Below are positions 8,820 through 18,519 of a stretch of 43,313 nt of DNA, piece by piece. The stretch comes from Clostridia bacterium (GTDB taxonomy: Bacteria > Bacillota > Peptococcia > Peptococcales > BICA1-8). Under the pieces are notes generated by a model. That model saw only the letters and a program-made list of their open reading frames with translations, made no database searches and had not been told where the DNA came from. Each line of letters begins with the position of its first letter. The stretch's first letter is position 1. The translations under genes were made by a program, and so were the position numbers. The stretch is taken from assembly GCA_012720075.1 (NCBI GenBank), contig JAAXZE010000204.1, forward strand, positions 1 to 43,313. The letters run 5' to 3'.

Positions 8820-10820
8820 ATGGGCCTAAGGTTTAAAATGGTATTAAGTTTTATAACATTAATAACCATTTCGGTTTCCGCCTTAGGGTTTATCTCGTAT
8901 CAAATGGCGGCTGATTCTTTACAGGCGACTATCGAAGAACAGCTTAGGGAAATAACCGGTCAAACGGCTGAAATAATGGAGCAGACTTTAACAAATGCCG
9001 AAAACATGTTATCCATCGCCCATGGGGCTCCGGCCTTAATGAAAATTCTTTCCGACAGGGAAGATGAGTTAGCCAGGGAAGAAGGGTTTAGTTATTTAAA
9101 TAATTTGCAAAAAGAACATAATACCATTTTTGAAAACCTGGTTTTGGTAGATGCTACAGGAAAAGCGGTTTTGGACAATATCAATAAGGTGAGTGATATT
9201 GATTTAAAGGACAGGGATTATGTGCAAAAAGCCTTGCGGGGAGAACGGACCCTTAGTGATGTCATCTTTTCCGCATTGACCGGTGAACCGGTCATAGGGA
9301 TTGCTATGCCAATTGTTTCAGAAAATAATGTTTTAGGAGCTCTGATAGGCACGGTAAATTTTGGGACCATAACCCAACACGCCGCCAATATTAAGATAGG
9401 GGAAAACGGTTATGCCTATATGATACGAAGAGACGGAGTTTTCGTTTATCATCCCCAGAAGGAGAAGGTCCTAACCGAAAACTTGGGGGATACCGATAAT
9501 GAAGAGCTAAAATCCCTTGTGGCCATTATGCTGGAAGGCCAAGGGGGAGAGGGCTTTTATACTTACGAAGGTGTTTATAAATTTGTTCGTTTTGAGCCCG
9601 CCGCTAATTGGGTTTTATGTATAACCGCCAACTACGACGAATATATGGCCGCCGCTAATCAGATAAAATTAAGGACATTTTTGATTGTAGGAGCATTTTT
9701 GGTCCTGGCGGTAGTTGTATCAATTTTTATCGCCAACAATATAGTAAACCCAATAAAACAGTTGCAAGTTCTGATGGAGAAGGCAGGAAACGGCGATCTT
9801 ACGGTTAAATCGGCAATAAAAACCAGAGACGAGATCAGGGACCTGGGAGAATCCTTTAATAAGATGATCAGCAGTCAAAAAGAAATAGTCGGACAAGTTC
9901 GTAAGGCTGCTATGGAGTTGTCCGCTTCTTCCCAGGAGATGGCGGCCTCCTCAGAACAGGCCAGTTCTGCTACCCAGGAGATCAGCGCAAGTATTCAGCA
10001 GGTTGCCCAAGATGCCGACAAACAGAATAAAGCGGTTCTGGAAGTTTCTAAATCTTTAGTCCAGCTTTCCAGTCTGGTTCAGTTGGCTCAGGACAAAGCA
10101 GTTAAAGTTAATAAAAATTCGGAAGAAACAATGGATACGGCTCAAAAAGGGCGCCAAAAGGTCGAAGACACAGTGAGGGCAATGGAAACCATTAGTGTCA
10201 GCTCCCGGGAGACAGCTGACGTTATCAGGGAATTAAACAGTCTTTCGGTAAAAGTGGGTGAAATAATAACAACCATCAATGCCATTGCCGAGCAAACCAA
10301 TTTGCTGGCGTTAAATGCTGCTATCGAAGCTGCACGGGCAGGGGAGCATGGCAGGGGTTTTGCGGTAGTTGCCGAAGAAGTCCGCAAACTGGCGGAGGAA
10401 TCCAATGAAGGAGCCACAGAAATTGCTGCCCTGGTTAATCAAATGATGAAGCAGACTGAAACGGCTGTTGAATCCATGGACAGAGGCAAAAAGGCCGTTG
10501 ATAACGGCGTGAAAGTCGTTCAGGATACTGACCTGGCTTTTTCAGCCATAATTACAGCAGTGGAAGAAACGGTGCATGATATTAAAGAAATAGTTGACAT
10601 AACCAATGAAGAAGTGGCAACTTCCGACCAGGTGGTACGTCTAATTGACACCGTTGCTTCTATAACGGAAAGTACCGCGGCCAGTTCCCAGGAAGTTTCG
10701 GCTGCCACCGAGGAACAAACGGCGGCGGTACAAACGGTAGCATCGGCTGCAGAGGAAATCAGTGCCTTAGCTAATTCTCTGGATGATTTAGTAAAGATTT
10801 TTAGAATAGACAAAAACTAA
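8820..10820 (+). CDS. Methyl-accepting chemotaxis protein (dCache-HAMP-MCP)
   Basis: Two TM helices, DRDYVQKA and GYAYMI..G.FVYHP Cache motifs, [37 protein letters not shown]. Confidence 0.93.
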   Translation: MGLRFKMVLSFITLITISVSALGFISYQMAADSLQATIEEQLREITGQTAEIMEQTLTNAENMLSIAHGAPALMKILSDREDELAREEGFSYLNNLQKEHNTIFENLVLVDATGKAVLDNINKVSDIDLKDRDYVQKALRGERTLSDVIFSALTGEPVIGIAMPIVSENNVLGALIGTVNFGTITQHAANIKIGENGYAYMIRRDGVFVYHPQKEKVLTENLGDTDNEELKSLVAIMLEGQGGEGFYTYEGVYKFVRFEPAANWVLCITANYDEYMAAANQIKLRTFLIVGAFLVLAVVVSIFIANNIVNPIKQLQVLMEKAGNGDLTVKSAIKTRDEIRDLGESFNKMISSQKEIVGQVRKAAMELSASSQEMAASSEQASSATQEISASIQQVAQDADKQNKAVLEVSKSLVQLSSLVQLAQDKAVKVNKNSEETMDTAQKGRQKVEDTVRAMETISVSSRETADVIRELNSLSVKVGEIITTINAIAEQTNLLALNAAIEAARAGEHGRGFAVVAEEVRKLAEESNEGATEIAALVNQMMKQTETAVESMDRGKKAVDNGVKVVQDTDLAFSAIITAVEETVHDIKEIVDITNEEVATSDQVVRLIDTVASITESTAASSQEVSAATEEQTAAVQTVASAAEEISALANSLDDLVKIFRIDKN

Positions 10821-10833
10821 AAGAGGTGCAAAG

Positions 10834-11148
10834 ATGAGCATAATACTGGAAAAATCCACGGATATGTTTCGATTCATTATTAATGGGCCTTTTGCCGCTG
10901 AAGAGGCAGCATATTTCAGGAAAGAAGCATATAGATTTTTGGAAAATGATAGTAAGAAAATTTTGGTTGATTTTAGCAATTGCAATTTTATTGACAGCAC
11001 AGGATTAGGCATGCTGGTTTCTGTATATAAAAAATGTGCTGAGAAAAATGCCAAATTAGTCATTGCTTCCATAAAGGATGAGAAGGTCTTTAAAGTATTT
11101 CAACTGACCCGCTTGGATAAAGTCTTTGAATTCTGCGAATCCTGTTAG
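10834..11148 (+). CDS. STAS-domain anti-sigma-factor antagonist (RsbV/SpoIIAA-like)
   Basis: VDFSNCNFIDSTGLGMLV with phosphorylatable Ser; VFQLTRLDKVF. Confidence 0.9.
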   Translation: MSIILEKSTDMFRFIINGPFAAEEAAYFRKEAYRFLENDSKKILVDFSNCNFIDSTGLGMLVSVYKKCAEKNAKLVIASIKDEKVFKVFQLTRLDKVFEFCESC

Positions 11149-11160
11149 GTCTTATTATTT

Positions 11161-11197
11161 AAAAACCTCCAAGTTCCAATGGAAACGGAGGTTTTTT
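11161..11197 (+). terminator. Intrinsic terminator
   Basis: AAAAACCTCC..TTCC / GGAA..GGAGGTTTTTT. Confidence 0.7.
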
Positions 11198-11301
11198 CTC
11201 ATCAAAGTTTTTTTCTCTTGTCGTAAATAAGAAAAGTTGAATTAGCGATAAATAGAAGTTATTTCTGAAAATTTGATTTTAAAAATGGGGGACATGAATT
11301 T

Positions 11302-13308
11302 ATGAAATTTAATTTAGCCGGAAAAATTGGATTTTATTTTGGTATTCTCGTTTTAATTGTGTGTATGGGACTGGGGTATACCTCGTTTAAATTCTCATCA
11401 GATATTACTATAAGTGAAGCAGAAAAATCATTACAGTTATTGGCAAAAGAAGGGGTAAATTATATAGAGGCCGTAATTCAGGGTAATATTAATACTTTAG
11501 AGGCCATTGCCAACAGAGATGAAATAAGAAGTATGGACTGGGATACCCAGTTCCCGGTTTTAGAACGGGAACTAGCCAGGTTAAAAGAAAAGGGGTATTT
11601 GGGATTAGGGGTTGTTTTCCCTGATGGAACAACAAAATATACAGATGGTTCGGAAGCCAATCTGGGAGACCGGGATTATGTCCGGGAAGCCTTTGGTGGA
11701 AAAAGTAATGTTTCCGATGTAATAGTAAGTAGAGTAACCAATTCTACGGTATTAATGTATGCCATCCCTATCTATGATTTTGAAGGAAAGATAGAAGGAG
11801 TTTTGGTTGCCCGCCGCCCCGGGGATGCCCTTAATGACATCACCAGTGACATGGGTTACGGGCGGAACGGATATGCTTATATAATTGGAGCCAACGGGAC
11901 AATGTTTTCACATCCCAAGTTAGATTATATATTGGAACAAAGAAATGTTCTAACGGAGATAGAAAATAACGGCGAATTAAAAAGCTGGGCGTTAGCTGTG
12001 CAGCAAATAGGATTAGGAAATTCAGGGGTTTCTAAGTATGAACTTAATGGGTCCCAAATCTATATGGGACTGGAGGTTTTCCCCAGTACCGGATGGAGCT
12101 TAGGGGTTGTTGCCATGGAAGAAGAACTTTTAGATCAATTAAATTCTCTTAATAAGGTCATGCTCAGCGTCTCCATTGTGTTTGTTTTGCTAGGCATTGG
12201 ATTGGCGGTGTTTATAGGAAGATTAATAGCCAAACCGATAAATCTGGCTACCGCCTATGCGGTAGAAATGGCTTCCGGGGACTTTACCCAAGACATTCCG
12301 GAAAAATTTTTAAAACGCAACGATGAAATCGGAGAACTGGGCAAGGCTTTCAATACAATGACCCTGAACTTCCGCGGGATGATAGGGGAGATTAATAAAA
12401 AAGCCCAGGAGCTGGCAGCTTCCAGTGAAGAGATGTCGGCAATAGCTCAAAGCTCCTCGGCAAATATGGAAGAAGTCTCGGCTTCTACCGAAGAAATTTC
12501 TGCAGGCTTAGAAGAAGTTTCGGCAGCTTCGGAAGAAATTTCCGCTTCCAGCCAACAGATGAATGCCTCCACCGGTCAATTGGTTGAGAATATGAATCAT
12601 GGAATTAAACTGGCCGAAGAAATAGAAAATAAATCGGCCAAAATCCGGAAGGAAGTGGAGGAAAGCCAAGAAAAAGCCCAAAATATATATATGGAACTGG
12701 ATAAAAGATTAAAAGAAAGCATTGAAAAAGCTCAAATAGTAAATGAAATTTCCAATATGGCCAATCAAATCGCAGGCATTGCGGAACAAACCAATCTTTT
12801 GGCCCTAAATGCAGCCATAGAAGCCGCCCGGGCAGGGGAACAAGGCAGAGGTTTCGCAGTAGTTGCGGAGGAAGTTCGTAAACTGGCCACCGCTTCAACG
12901 CAAACCGTCGCTAATATTCAAAACCTGACCGCCCAGGTCCAAACCAACATAAAATCTTTAATTGCTGATACTAACGAATTATTAAGATTTATGGCTACAA
13001 ATGTAAACAGCGATTATAAAAAGTTCTTAGAAACCGCCGAAGAATATAAAAAAGATGCCGATGTTTTTTATGATTTAACAAGTCAGGCTTCTCAGATGGG
13101 TGAAGAGGTGCTTCAGGCCGTTAATGAAGTTACCAAATCCATAAATGAAATTTCCACGACCATTAGTCAAAGCGCTGAAGGAGCCGCTCAAATAGCCAAA
13201 GGCACCGATGAAACTGCCAAATCAATGATTGAAATTAATCAGGCTTCAGATAATTTAGCCAGAATGTCCGAAGAATTAACAAGATTAGTGGGGCAGTTTA
13301 AAATATAA
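11302..13308 (+). CDS. Methyl-accepting chemotaxis protein (dCache-HAMP-MCP)
   Basis: Two TMs, [22 protein letters not shown], conserved MCP hairpin tip. Confidence 0.93.
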   Translation: MKFNLAGKIGFYFGILVLIVCMGLGYTSFKFSSDITISEAEKSLQLLAKEGVNYIEAVIQGNINTLEAIANRDEIRSMDWDTQFPVLERELARLKEKGYLGLGVVFPDGTTKYTDGSEANLGDRDYVREAFGGKSNVSDVIVSRVTNSTVLMYAIPIYDFEGKIEGVLVARRPGDALNDITSDMGYGRNGYAYIIGANGTMFSHPKLDYILEQRNVLTEIENNGELKSWALAVQQIGLGNSGVSKYELNGSQIYMGLEVFPSTGWSLGVVAMEEELLDQLNSLNKVMLSVSIVFVLLGIGLAVFIGRLIAKPINLATAYAVEMASGDFTQDIPEKFLKRNDEIGELGKAFNTMTLNFRGMIGEINKKAQELAASSEEMSAIAQSSSANMEEVSASTEEISAGLEEVSAASEEISASSQQMNASTGQLVENMNHGIKLAEEIENKSAKIRKEVEESQEKAQNIYMELDKRLKESIEKAQIVNEISNMANQIAGIAEQTNLLALNAAIEAARAGEQGRGFAVVAEEVRKLATASTQTVANIQNLTAQVQTNIKSLIADTNELLRFMATNVNSDYKKFLETAEEYKKDADVFYDLTSQASQMGEEVLQAVNEVTKSINEISTTISQSAEGAAQIAKGTDETAKSMIEINQASDNLARMSEELTRLVGQFKI

Positions 13309-13328
13309 AATTTAATTTCTATACATTT

Positions 13329-13354
13329 GTCCAGGCTTGAGCCTGGGCTTTTTT
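13329..13354 (+). terminator. Intrinsic terminator
   Basis: GTCCAGGCT / AGCCTGGGC + TTTTTT. Confidence 0.75.
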
Positions 13355-13518
13355 ATGTCTTTGCCAGGCAAAATTTTATGAAAAGGCCGAAGCTGTAACA
13401 AAAGAAAGCAGTGCTTTTGTCTGTTTCAGAAAAATTGGTATTTGTAGTACAATATAACCGGTTGGAAAAATTCGGGCTGTTTCTATAAACCCTTGAAAAA
13501 ATGCGAGGAGGAATGGGG

Positions 13519-14691
13519 ATGAAATCTCTGATTAAAAGAAGGGAATTGGGCAATACCGGCCTTTATGTTTCAGAATTAAGTTTTGGAGCCATGAATTTAA
13601 GAAAACTGGAAACGGAAGAGGAGGCCTTGGACATTTTAAATTATGTTTTAGATCAGGGGGTTAATCTTATTGATACGGCTAGGGCTTATAGCGCAACCAA
13701 CTCCCAGGGCCGGTTGATGGAAAGCGAGGTTCTGGTAGGTAAAGGATTAAAAAACAGAAATGATTTGAAGGAACCCATAGTAATAGTGACCAAGGGCCAT
13801 AGTTATACTCCCGAGGAATTGGAGGAAAACTTATTTACCAGCCGGACCAAGCTGGGTGTTGAAGGCAAGGGTGATTTAAAGATAGGAAACAATGCTGTTA
13901 TACTGGTGTATCTCTTCCATGGCCTTAATGAAGAAAGATGGGCAACCATGCAGAATTCGGGGGTTCTGAAAAAGGTACAGGAATATAAAAGAGAAGGAAT
14001 TGTTAATTTCATCGGTTTTTCAAGCCATTATGGCGATACCGTTGAGATAAAGAAAGCTGTTGACACAGGTTTATTTGATGTAGTTGAGCTCCCCTACAAT
14101 ATATTTAATAGGAGCTTGGGCGAAGACGGAGAATTAAATTTGCTGAAGTATATTCATGATAAGGAAATAGGTCTCATCAATATGAAGGCCTTTAACGGCA
14201 ATATAATGCCCGCCATTTATAATGTAATAAAGGACTTTATCTCCATTGATTACCCCACCATGTTGAACTTTTGCCTTACCAACCCTTATATTTCCACGGT
14301 AGACGCAGGAGCTATGAACGTGGAACAATTTGCCCAGGATGTTAAAGTTGCCGCAGGTCCCCGCCTTACCCAGGAGGAAATAACTAAATTTAAACAGGAA
14401 GCCGACAAAATTTCTTCCCTTCTGGAAAACATTTGCCGAGATTGTCTCCACTGCGTAGAAAAATTTCAATGTTCGGCAGGTATTGATTTTCCAGCCATAA
14501 TGGCCTTATATTCCAGGTATACGGTCAGCGAAAAGCTGGGAAGAGATGTAACTGAATTCAAAGAAAGATATAAGGAGTTTGCATTAAATGCCTCTGACTG
14601 CATTCAATGCGGCCAGTGTGTACCCTGGTGCGAGTATAAGCTAAATATTCCTGAGGTCTTAAGGGAAGCTCACCAGGCATTTATTAAATAG
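13519..14691 (+). CDS. Aldo/keto reductase with C-terminal 4Fe-4S dicluster domain
   Basis: RRELGNTGLYVSELSFG, IDTARAY, IGFSSH; CRDCLHC and CIQCGQCVPWC; RBS GAGGAGG places the start at 13519. Confidence 0.88.
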   Translation: MKSLIKRRELGNTGLYVSELSFGAMNLRKLETEEEALDILNYVLDQGVNLIDTARAYSATNSQGRLMESEVLVGKGLKNRNDLKEPIVIVTKGHSYTPEELEENLFTSRTKLGVEGKGDLKIGNNAVILVYLFHGLNEERWATMQNSGVLKKVQEYKREGIVNFIGFSSHYGDTVEIKKAVDTGLFDVVELPYNIFNRSLGEDGELNLLKYIHDKEIGLINMKAFNGNIMPAIYNVIKDFISIDYPTMLNFCLTNPYISTVDAGAMNVEQFAQDVKVAAGPRLTQEEITKFKQEADKISSLLENICRDCLHCVEKFQCSAGIDFPAIMALYSRYTVSEKLGRDVTEFKERYKEFALNASDCIQCGQCVPWCEYKLNIPEVLREAHQAFIK

Positions 14692-14757
14692 ATTTTTAAG
14701 CTTTCATTTATGGTAGTGCCACATGGCGAAAATGTAATTAATATATTTGAAAAAATA

Positions 14758-14784
14758 GAAGGATTTGCCTTTTTTTTGAAGAAT
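14758..14784 (+). promoter_or_regulatory. Sigma-H-type promoter candidate upstream of the riboswitch
   Basis: GAAGGATTT-N11-GAAGAAT matches RnAGGAwww-N11/12-RnnGAAT. Confidence 0.5.
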
Positions 14785-14813
14785 AAGAAGAATGAAACTA
14801 TATTTCAGTTACG

Positions 14814-14913
14814 GCTCGCCGAGCCTATTATCTAAGTCCGGGCTGGAGGATATGGTTATAGGCCATTGTGGGTATAATGGGAAACTATTATGCCTCCTTT
14901 GGAAAAGGGGAGC
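14814..14913 (+). ncRNA. Moco RNA motif riboswitch, P3-less (Wco/Tuco-type) variant
   Basis: CCGAG; P2 CCUAU..UCUAAG..UAUGG..AUAGG; short linker; P4 GGGUAUAAUGG-GAAA-CUAUUAUGCCU; CCUUUGGAAAAGG; closing GCUC/GAGC. Confidence 0.8.
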
Positions 14914-14933
14914 GTTTTTATAGCGTTGTTTTG

Positions 14934-14965
14934 GGCTGACCTTTCCAAAGGTCAGCCTTATTTCT
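14934..14965 (+). terminator. Riboswitch expression-platform terminator
   Basis: GGCTGACCTT / AAGGTCAGCC + TTATTTCT; 14942-14951 is also complementary to aptamer 14896-14905. Confidence 0.75.
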
Positions 14966-15012
14966 CTGACTAAGGAAAAGATTGAGTATTTTTTATTAAG
15001 GCGGTGTGTACT

Positions 15013-17028
15013 ATGGGCAGTGCTACAAGGGATAGCCATGATAAAATCTATCTCCAATGGGAAAAGTTTATAAAATCCGGCGGGCAAGACCGATCCTTGG
15101 ATATTAGGGTCAAAATTTTGGAATCATGGAAAAGGTGCTTCCGTCAAAAAGTCGATCCCTATGATGAAAAAATCCACCGTTCTTTAAAGGGAAATAAACT
15201 AAATAAATTACTGCGGGATAATCAGTGGCTTATTGATATAGCTAAGCCCTTCATGGCCAATCTTCATAAGTTTGTTAAAGGGTCCGGTTTTGTGGTTGTG
15301 TTAACCGATGACAAGGGATATATTATGGAGTTGTTTACCGATGAAGGCACCAAACAAAACCCATTGACAAAAAATTTCTTTATCGGTGCCAGCTGGCGTG
15401 AAGAGGAAGCGGGTACTAATGCCATAGGAACGGCATTAGTTTTGGGGGAACCCATTCAAGTTTCCGGCGCGGAGCATTACTGTCAAAAACATCATTGTTT
15501 AACCTGTTCGGCTGCTCCCATTTTTGATACCAACGGAAAAATCATTGGTATTTTGGATATGTCGGGAGCATCCCATGCCGCTCATTTACATACCCTGGGA
15601 ATGGTTGTAGCAGCTGCCGAAGCTATTATGGCTCAGATTAAAATCAGACGGAAAAATTCCGAGTTAGCCTTAATAAACACCCGGTTGACCAATTTTTTTA
15701 ATATGGTATCTGACGGGGTTTTATTGGTTGACAAAGATGAAGTAGTAGTGGAATATAACCCAGCCGCCAAGGTTCTTCTGGGAAGGGAGAAACAAAACAT
15801 TATTGGAATTCCTGTTAAAAAACTGTTCGATTATCGTTCCTCGGTTCAAAGAGAGAAAATCGATATTAACCATCGTTACAGTGATGTAGAAATTATGGTT
15901 GAGACCAAGGATGGATTGTGTTGTTGCCTGGTTTCCGGTGAGCCTATCGTTAATGAGCGAGGTGAAGTGACCGGCGGTTTAATGATTTTGAGACCCATCA
16001 AACAAGTGCAAAATTTGGTCAATAGATTTAGTGGATATATGGCAGCTTTGGATTTTAATGATATTGTCGGAGAAAGCCCCGAAATACAGGAAGTTATTAG
16101 ACTGGCCAAATTAACCGCCAGTAGCAGTTCCAATGTTTTACTGCAGGGAGAAAGCGGGACCGGAAAAGAAATTTTTGCCCAAGCAATACACAATGGCAGT
16201 GAGCAAAGAAACGGACCGTTTATACCTGTTAATTGTGGAGCAATTCCCCGGGAACTGATTGGCAGCGAGTTATTCGGCTATGAAGAGGGAGCATTTACCG
16301 GGGCTAAAAGAGGCGGCAAGCCGGGAAAATTTGAATTAGCCAATGGCGGTACCCTTTTTCTGGATGAAATAGGGGATATGCCCTTAGATCAACAAACGGC
16401 TTTGCTCCGTGTAATACAAGAAAAAAAGGTAGCCCGTATCGGCAGTGACAAAATGATTCCCGTTAATGTTCGTCTGATATGTGCTACAAATAAAAATTTG
16501 CGCCAGGAAGTAGAAAAGGGAACTTTCCGGGAAGATTTGTTTTATAGACTGAATGTAATTTCTATTATAATTCCTCCATTGCGTAATCGGGTGTCGGACA
16601 TTCCATTGCTTTTTGAACATTTCTTACAAAAGTTGACCCGGGATTGGGGCTATAAATTTTATGTGGAACCGGAAGTGCTGGAATGTTTGAAGCGGTATTC
16701 CTGGCCGGGCAATGTAAGAGAATTGCAAAATATTGTGGAAAGGGCGGCCCTTCTGGCTGAAAACGGGATTATTACCGTTAGGAATTTACCTCCGGAGATT
16801 ATTGAGAGCTCCGGTCATTATTCATTGTCCTTGACATTAGCGAACTATTCCCACCAAAATATAAAATGCCGTCAAGAAAGACGGAAAACGGCCAATGAAA
16901 TAGAAAAATACAAAATTATTAATTTGCTAAACAGCTTTGGAGGTAATGTCAGTAAGGTCGCAAAAGAAATGGGGGTTTCCCGTAAAACCGTTTACAATAA
17001 GATGCGCATCTATTCCATCAAAAATTAA
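15013..17028 (+). CDS. Sigma-54-dependent activator, AcoR type (GAF-PAS-AAA+-Fis HTH)
   Basis: ILESWKRC, GTNAIGTAL, GESGTGKE, GAFTGA, LFLDEIGDM, WPGNVRELQN, C-terminal HTH; start ATG 15013 or GTG 15004. Confidence 0.93.
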   Translation: MGSATRDSHDKIYLQWEKFIKSGGQDRSLDIRVKILESWKRCFRQKVDPYDEKIHRSLKGNKLNKLLRDNQWLIDIAKPFMANLHKFVKGSGFVVVLTDDKGYIMELFTDEGTKQNPLTKNFFIGASWREEEAGTNAIGTALVLGEPIQVSGAEHYCQKHHCLTCSAAPIFDTNGKIIGILDMSGASHAAHLHTLGMVVAAAEAIMAQIKIRRKNSELALINTRLTNFFNMVSDGVLLVDKDEVVVEYNPAAKVLLGREKQNIIGIPVKKLFDYRSSVQREKIDINHRYSDVEIMVETKDGLCCCLVSGEPIVNERGEVTGGLMILRPIKQVQNLVNRFSGYMAALDFNDIVGESPEIQEVIRLAKLTASSSSNVLLQGESGTGKEIFAQAIHNGSEQRNGPFIPVNCGAIPRELIGSELFGYEEGAFTGAKRGGKPGKFELANGGTLFLDEIGDMPLDQQTALLRVIQEKKVARIGSDKMIPVNVRLICATNKNLRQEVEKGTFREDLFYRLNVISIIIPPLRNRVSDIPLLFEHFLQKLTRDWGYKFYVEPEVLECLKRYSWPGNVRELQNIVERAALLAENGIITVRNLPPEIIESSGHYSLSLTLANYSHQNIKCRQERRKTANEIEKYKIINLLNSFGGNVSKVAKEMGVSRKTVYNKMRIYSIKN

Positions 17029-17040
17029 GCTGCTTCCCTG

Positions 17041-17106
17041 AAAAAGTGTTACCTTAATGTAAAAAAAGTGTTACCAAATTTGCATTAAGGTAACACTTTT
17101 TTTACA
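17041..17106. promoter_or_regulatory. Upstream activator sequence (enhancer) candidate
   Basis: AAAGTGTTACC twice plus an inverted copy; perfect 18-bp IR at 17058-17075/17089-17106; ~110-175 bp upstream of the -24/-12 box. Confidence 0.7.
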
Positions 17107-17216
17107 ATTTTACTTTTAATTTATTAAGTGTTTATCCCATATTATTTTTTAAAAATTCAAACAAAATGCGGGGTTTTTGGGAGTGTTTATAATAACCCGC
17201 GGCTTTTTTTATTCAT

Positions 17217-17232
17217 TGGCACATTTTTTGCA
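17217..17232 (+). promoter_or_regulatory. Sigma-54 (-24/-12) promoter
   Basis: TGGCAC-ATTTT-TTGCA, exact consensus spacing, downstream of the bEBP gene. Confidence 0.9.
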
Positions 17233-17254
17233 TTTTTAAAATTATGGAATGACA

Positions 17255-17372
17255 AGTTTTCTTCTGCGTGGGATAACTTAATAGATCCTGCGGCTGAAAA
17301 AGAAATACGGTGCGTTAATTTTGTGCGGTTTTGTAGCAAAGCACTGGTTTCTTTTCGGTGCTTTGCTTTTTT
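17255..17372 (+). ncRNA. Structured leader/attenuator (possible Moco-II-like RNA) with terminator
   Basis: Hairpin 17267-17292 with loop AACUUAAUAG; terminator AGCAAAGCACUG/CGGUGCUUUGCU + U5 (17335-17372); competing pairing 17296-17313 with 17341-17356. Confidence 0.55.
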
Positions 17373-17439
17373 GGCTTTCGGAAAAATTCATTCTTATTTA
17401 AATTGTTTAGAAATCAACCGGAAAAGGAAGTGAAAAAAC

Positions 17440-18465
17440 ATGAAAGCAGTACCGGTATATGAGGCTGTGGGGATGATTCTTTGCCATGATATCACGGAGA
17501 TCGTGCCCGGCAAGGTAAAGGGGAGGGCCTTCAAAAAAGGTCATATTGTAAGACAGGAGGATATACCTAAGCTGCTAAATCTTGGCAAGGAAAGACTTTA
17601 TGTCTGGGAAATGAATGAAAACGTCATTCATGAAGATGAGGCAGCAATAAGGATCGCTAAGGCGGTTGCCGGGCCCGTGGTTAATATTACCGAGCCTTCC
17701 GAAGGCAAAGTGGAACTGAAATCAGACATTACCGGTTTGCTTAAAATTAATACTTTGGCTTTGGAGGAAATTAACGATATTAATGAGATTGTAGTAGCAT
17801 CAATTCATTCCAATCAAATGGTGAAAAAAGGGGAAAAATTAGCCGGCTGCCGGGTAGTTCCCTTGATCATAGATAAAAAGAAAATTGAAGAAGTAGAAAG
17901 AATCGCCCAGTTGTATTTTCCTTTGTTTGAGGTTAAACCATTGAAATCCTTCAAGGTTGGAGTGGTGACAACGGGAAGCGAAGTTTACCATGGACGGATC
18001 GAAGATAAATTTGGCCCTGTTATCAGAAGAAAGGTTGAGGAAATGGGCAGCCGGTTTTTAAGGCAAATTTTTGCCAACGATAACGTCACCATGATTGCTG
18101 AAGGGATTCAGCAGTTGATTAGTGAAGGGGCGGAGTTGATTATTACAACGGGTGGGATGTCCGTTGACCCCGATGATGTAACTCCTGCCGGTATTAGAGC
18201 TGCCGGCGGCAAAGTTGTGGTTTATGGCGCTCCGGTCCTTCCCGGTTCCATGTTTATGCTGGCTTATATCGATGATGTACCTGTTTTGGGTTTGCCTGGG
18301 TGTGTAATGTACCATAGAACAACGGTTTTTGACCTGATTTTTCCGCGGATATTAGCAGGGGAAAAAATAACCCGTAAGGATGTAACCCGCTTGGCCCATG
18401 GTGGTTTATGCAAGGTATGTGATCCTTGTACCTATCCCCATTGCTCCTTTGGAAAAGGTTATTAA
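17440..18465 (+). CDS. Molybdopterin-binding (MoeA/MoCF_biosynth-like) protein with Cys-rich tail
   Basis: LCHDITEI, VTTGSEVY, TTGGMSVDPDDVTP, GLPGCVMY, C-terminal CKVCDPCTYPHCSFGK. Confidence 0.85.
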   Translation: MKAVPVYEAVGMILCHDITEIVPGKVKGRAFKKGHIVRQEDIPKLLNLGKERLYVWEMNENVIHEDEAAIRIAKAVAGPVVNITEPSEGKVELKSDITGLLKINTLALEEINDINEIVVASIHSNQMVKKGEKLAGCRVVPLIIDKKKIEEVERIAQLYFPLFEVKPLKSFKVGVVTTGSEVYHGRIEDKFGPVIRRKVEEMGSRFLRQIFANDNVTMIAEGIQQLISEGAELIITTGGMSVDPDDVTPAGIRAAGGKVVVYGAPVLPGSMFMLAYIDDVPVLGLPGCVMYHRTTVFDLIFPRILAGEKITRKDVTRLAHGGLCKVCDPCTYPHCSFGKGY

Positions 18466-18519
18466 GTTTTTAAGGCATAATTGCCTTGAAAAGTAAAAAA
18501 TAAAAAAGGAGTTGAGAAA

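Noticed and set aside
9900-13260. Repetitive GCTTC/GAAGAA-type sequence and similarity between MCP genes
   Set aside because: Explained by heptad methylation helices and the conserved signalling tip of chemoreceptors.
14809-15087. 92-aa minus-strand ORF
   Set aside because: Antisense to the riboswitch and bEBP start; no protein features.
17128-17433. 101-aa plus-strand ORF
   Set aside because: Overlaps the sigma-54 promoter and leader terminator; Phe-rich composition reflects T-runs; no RBS.
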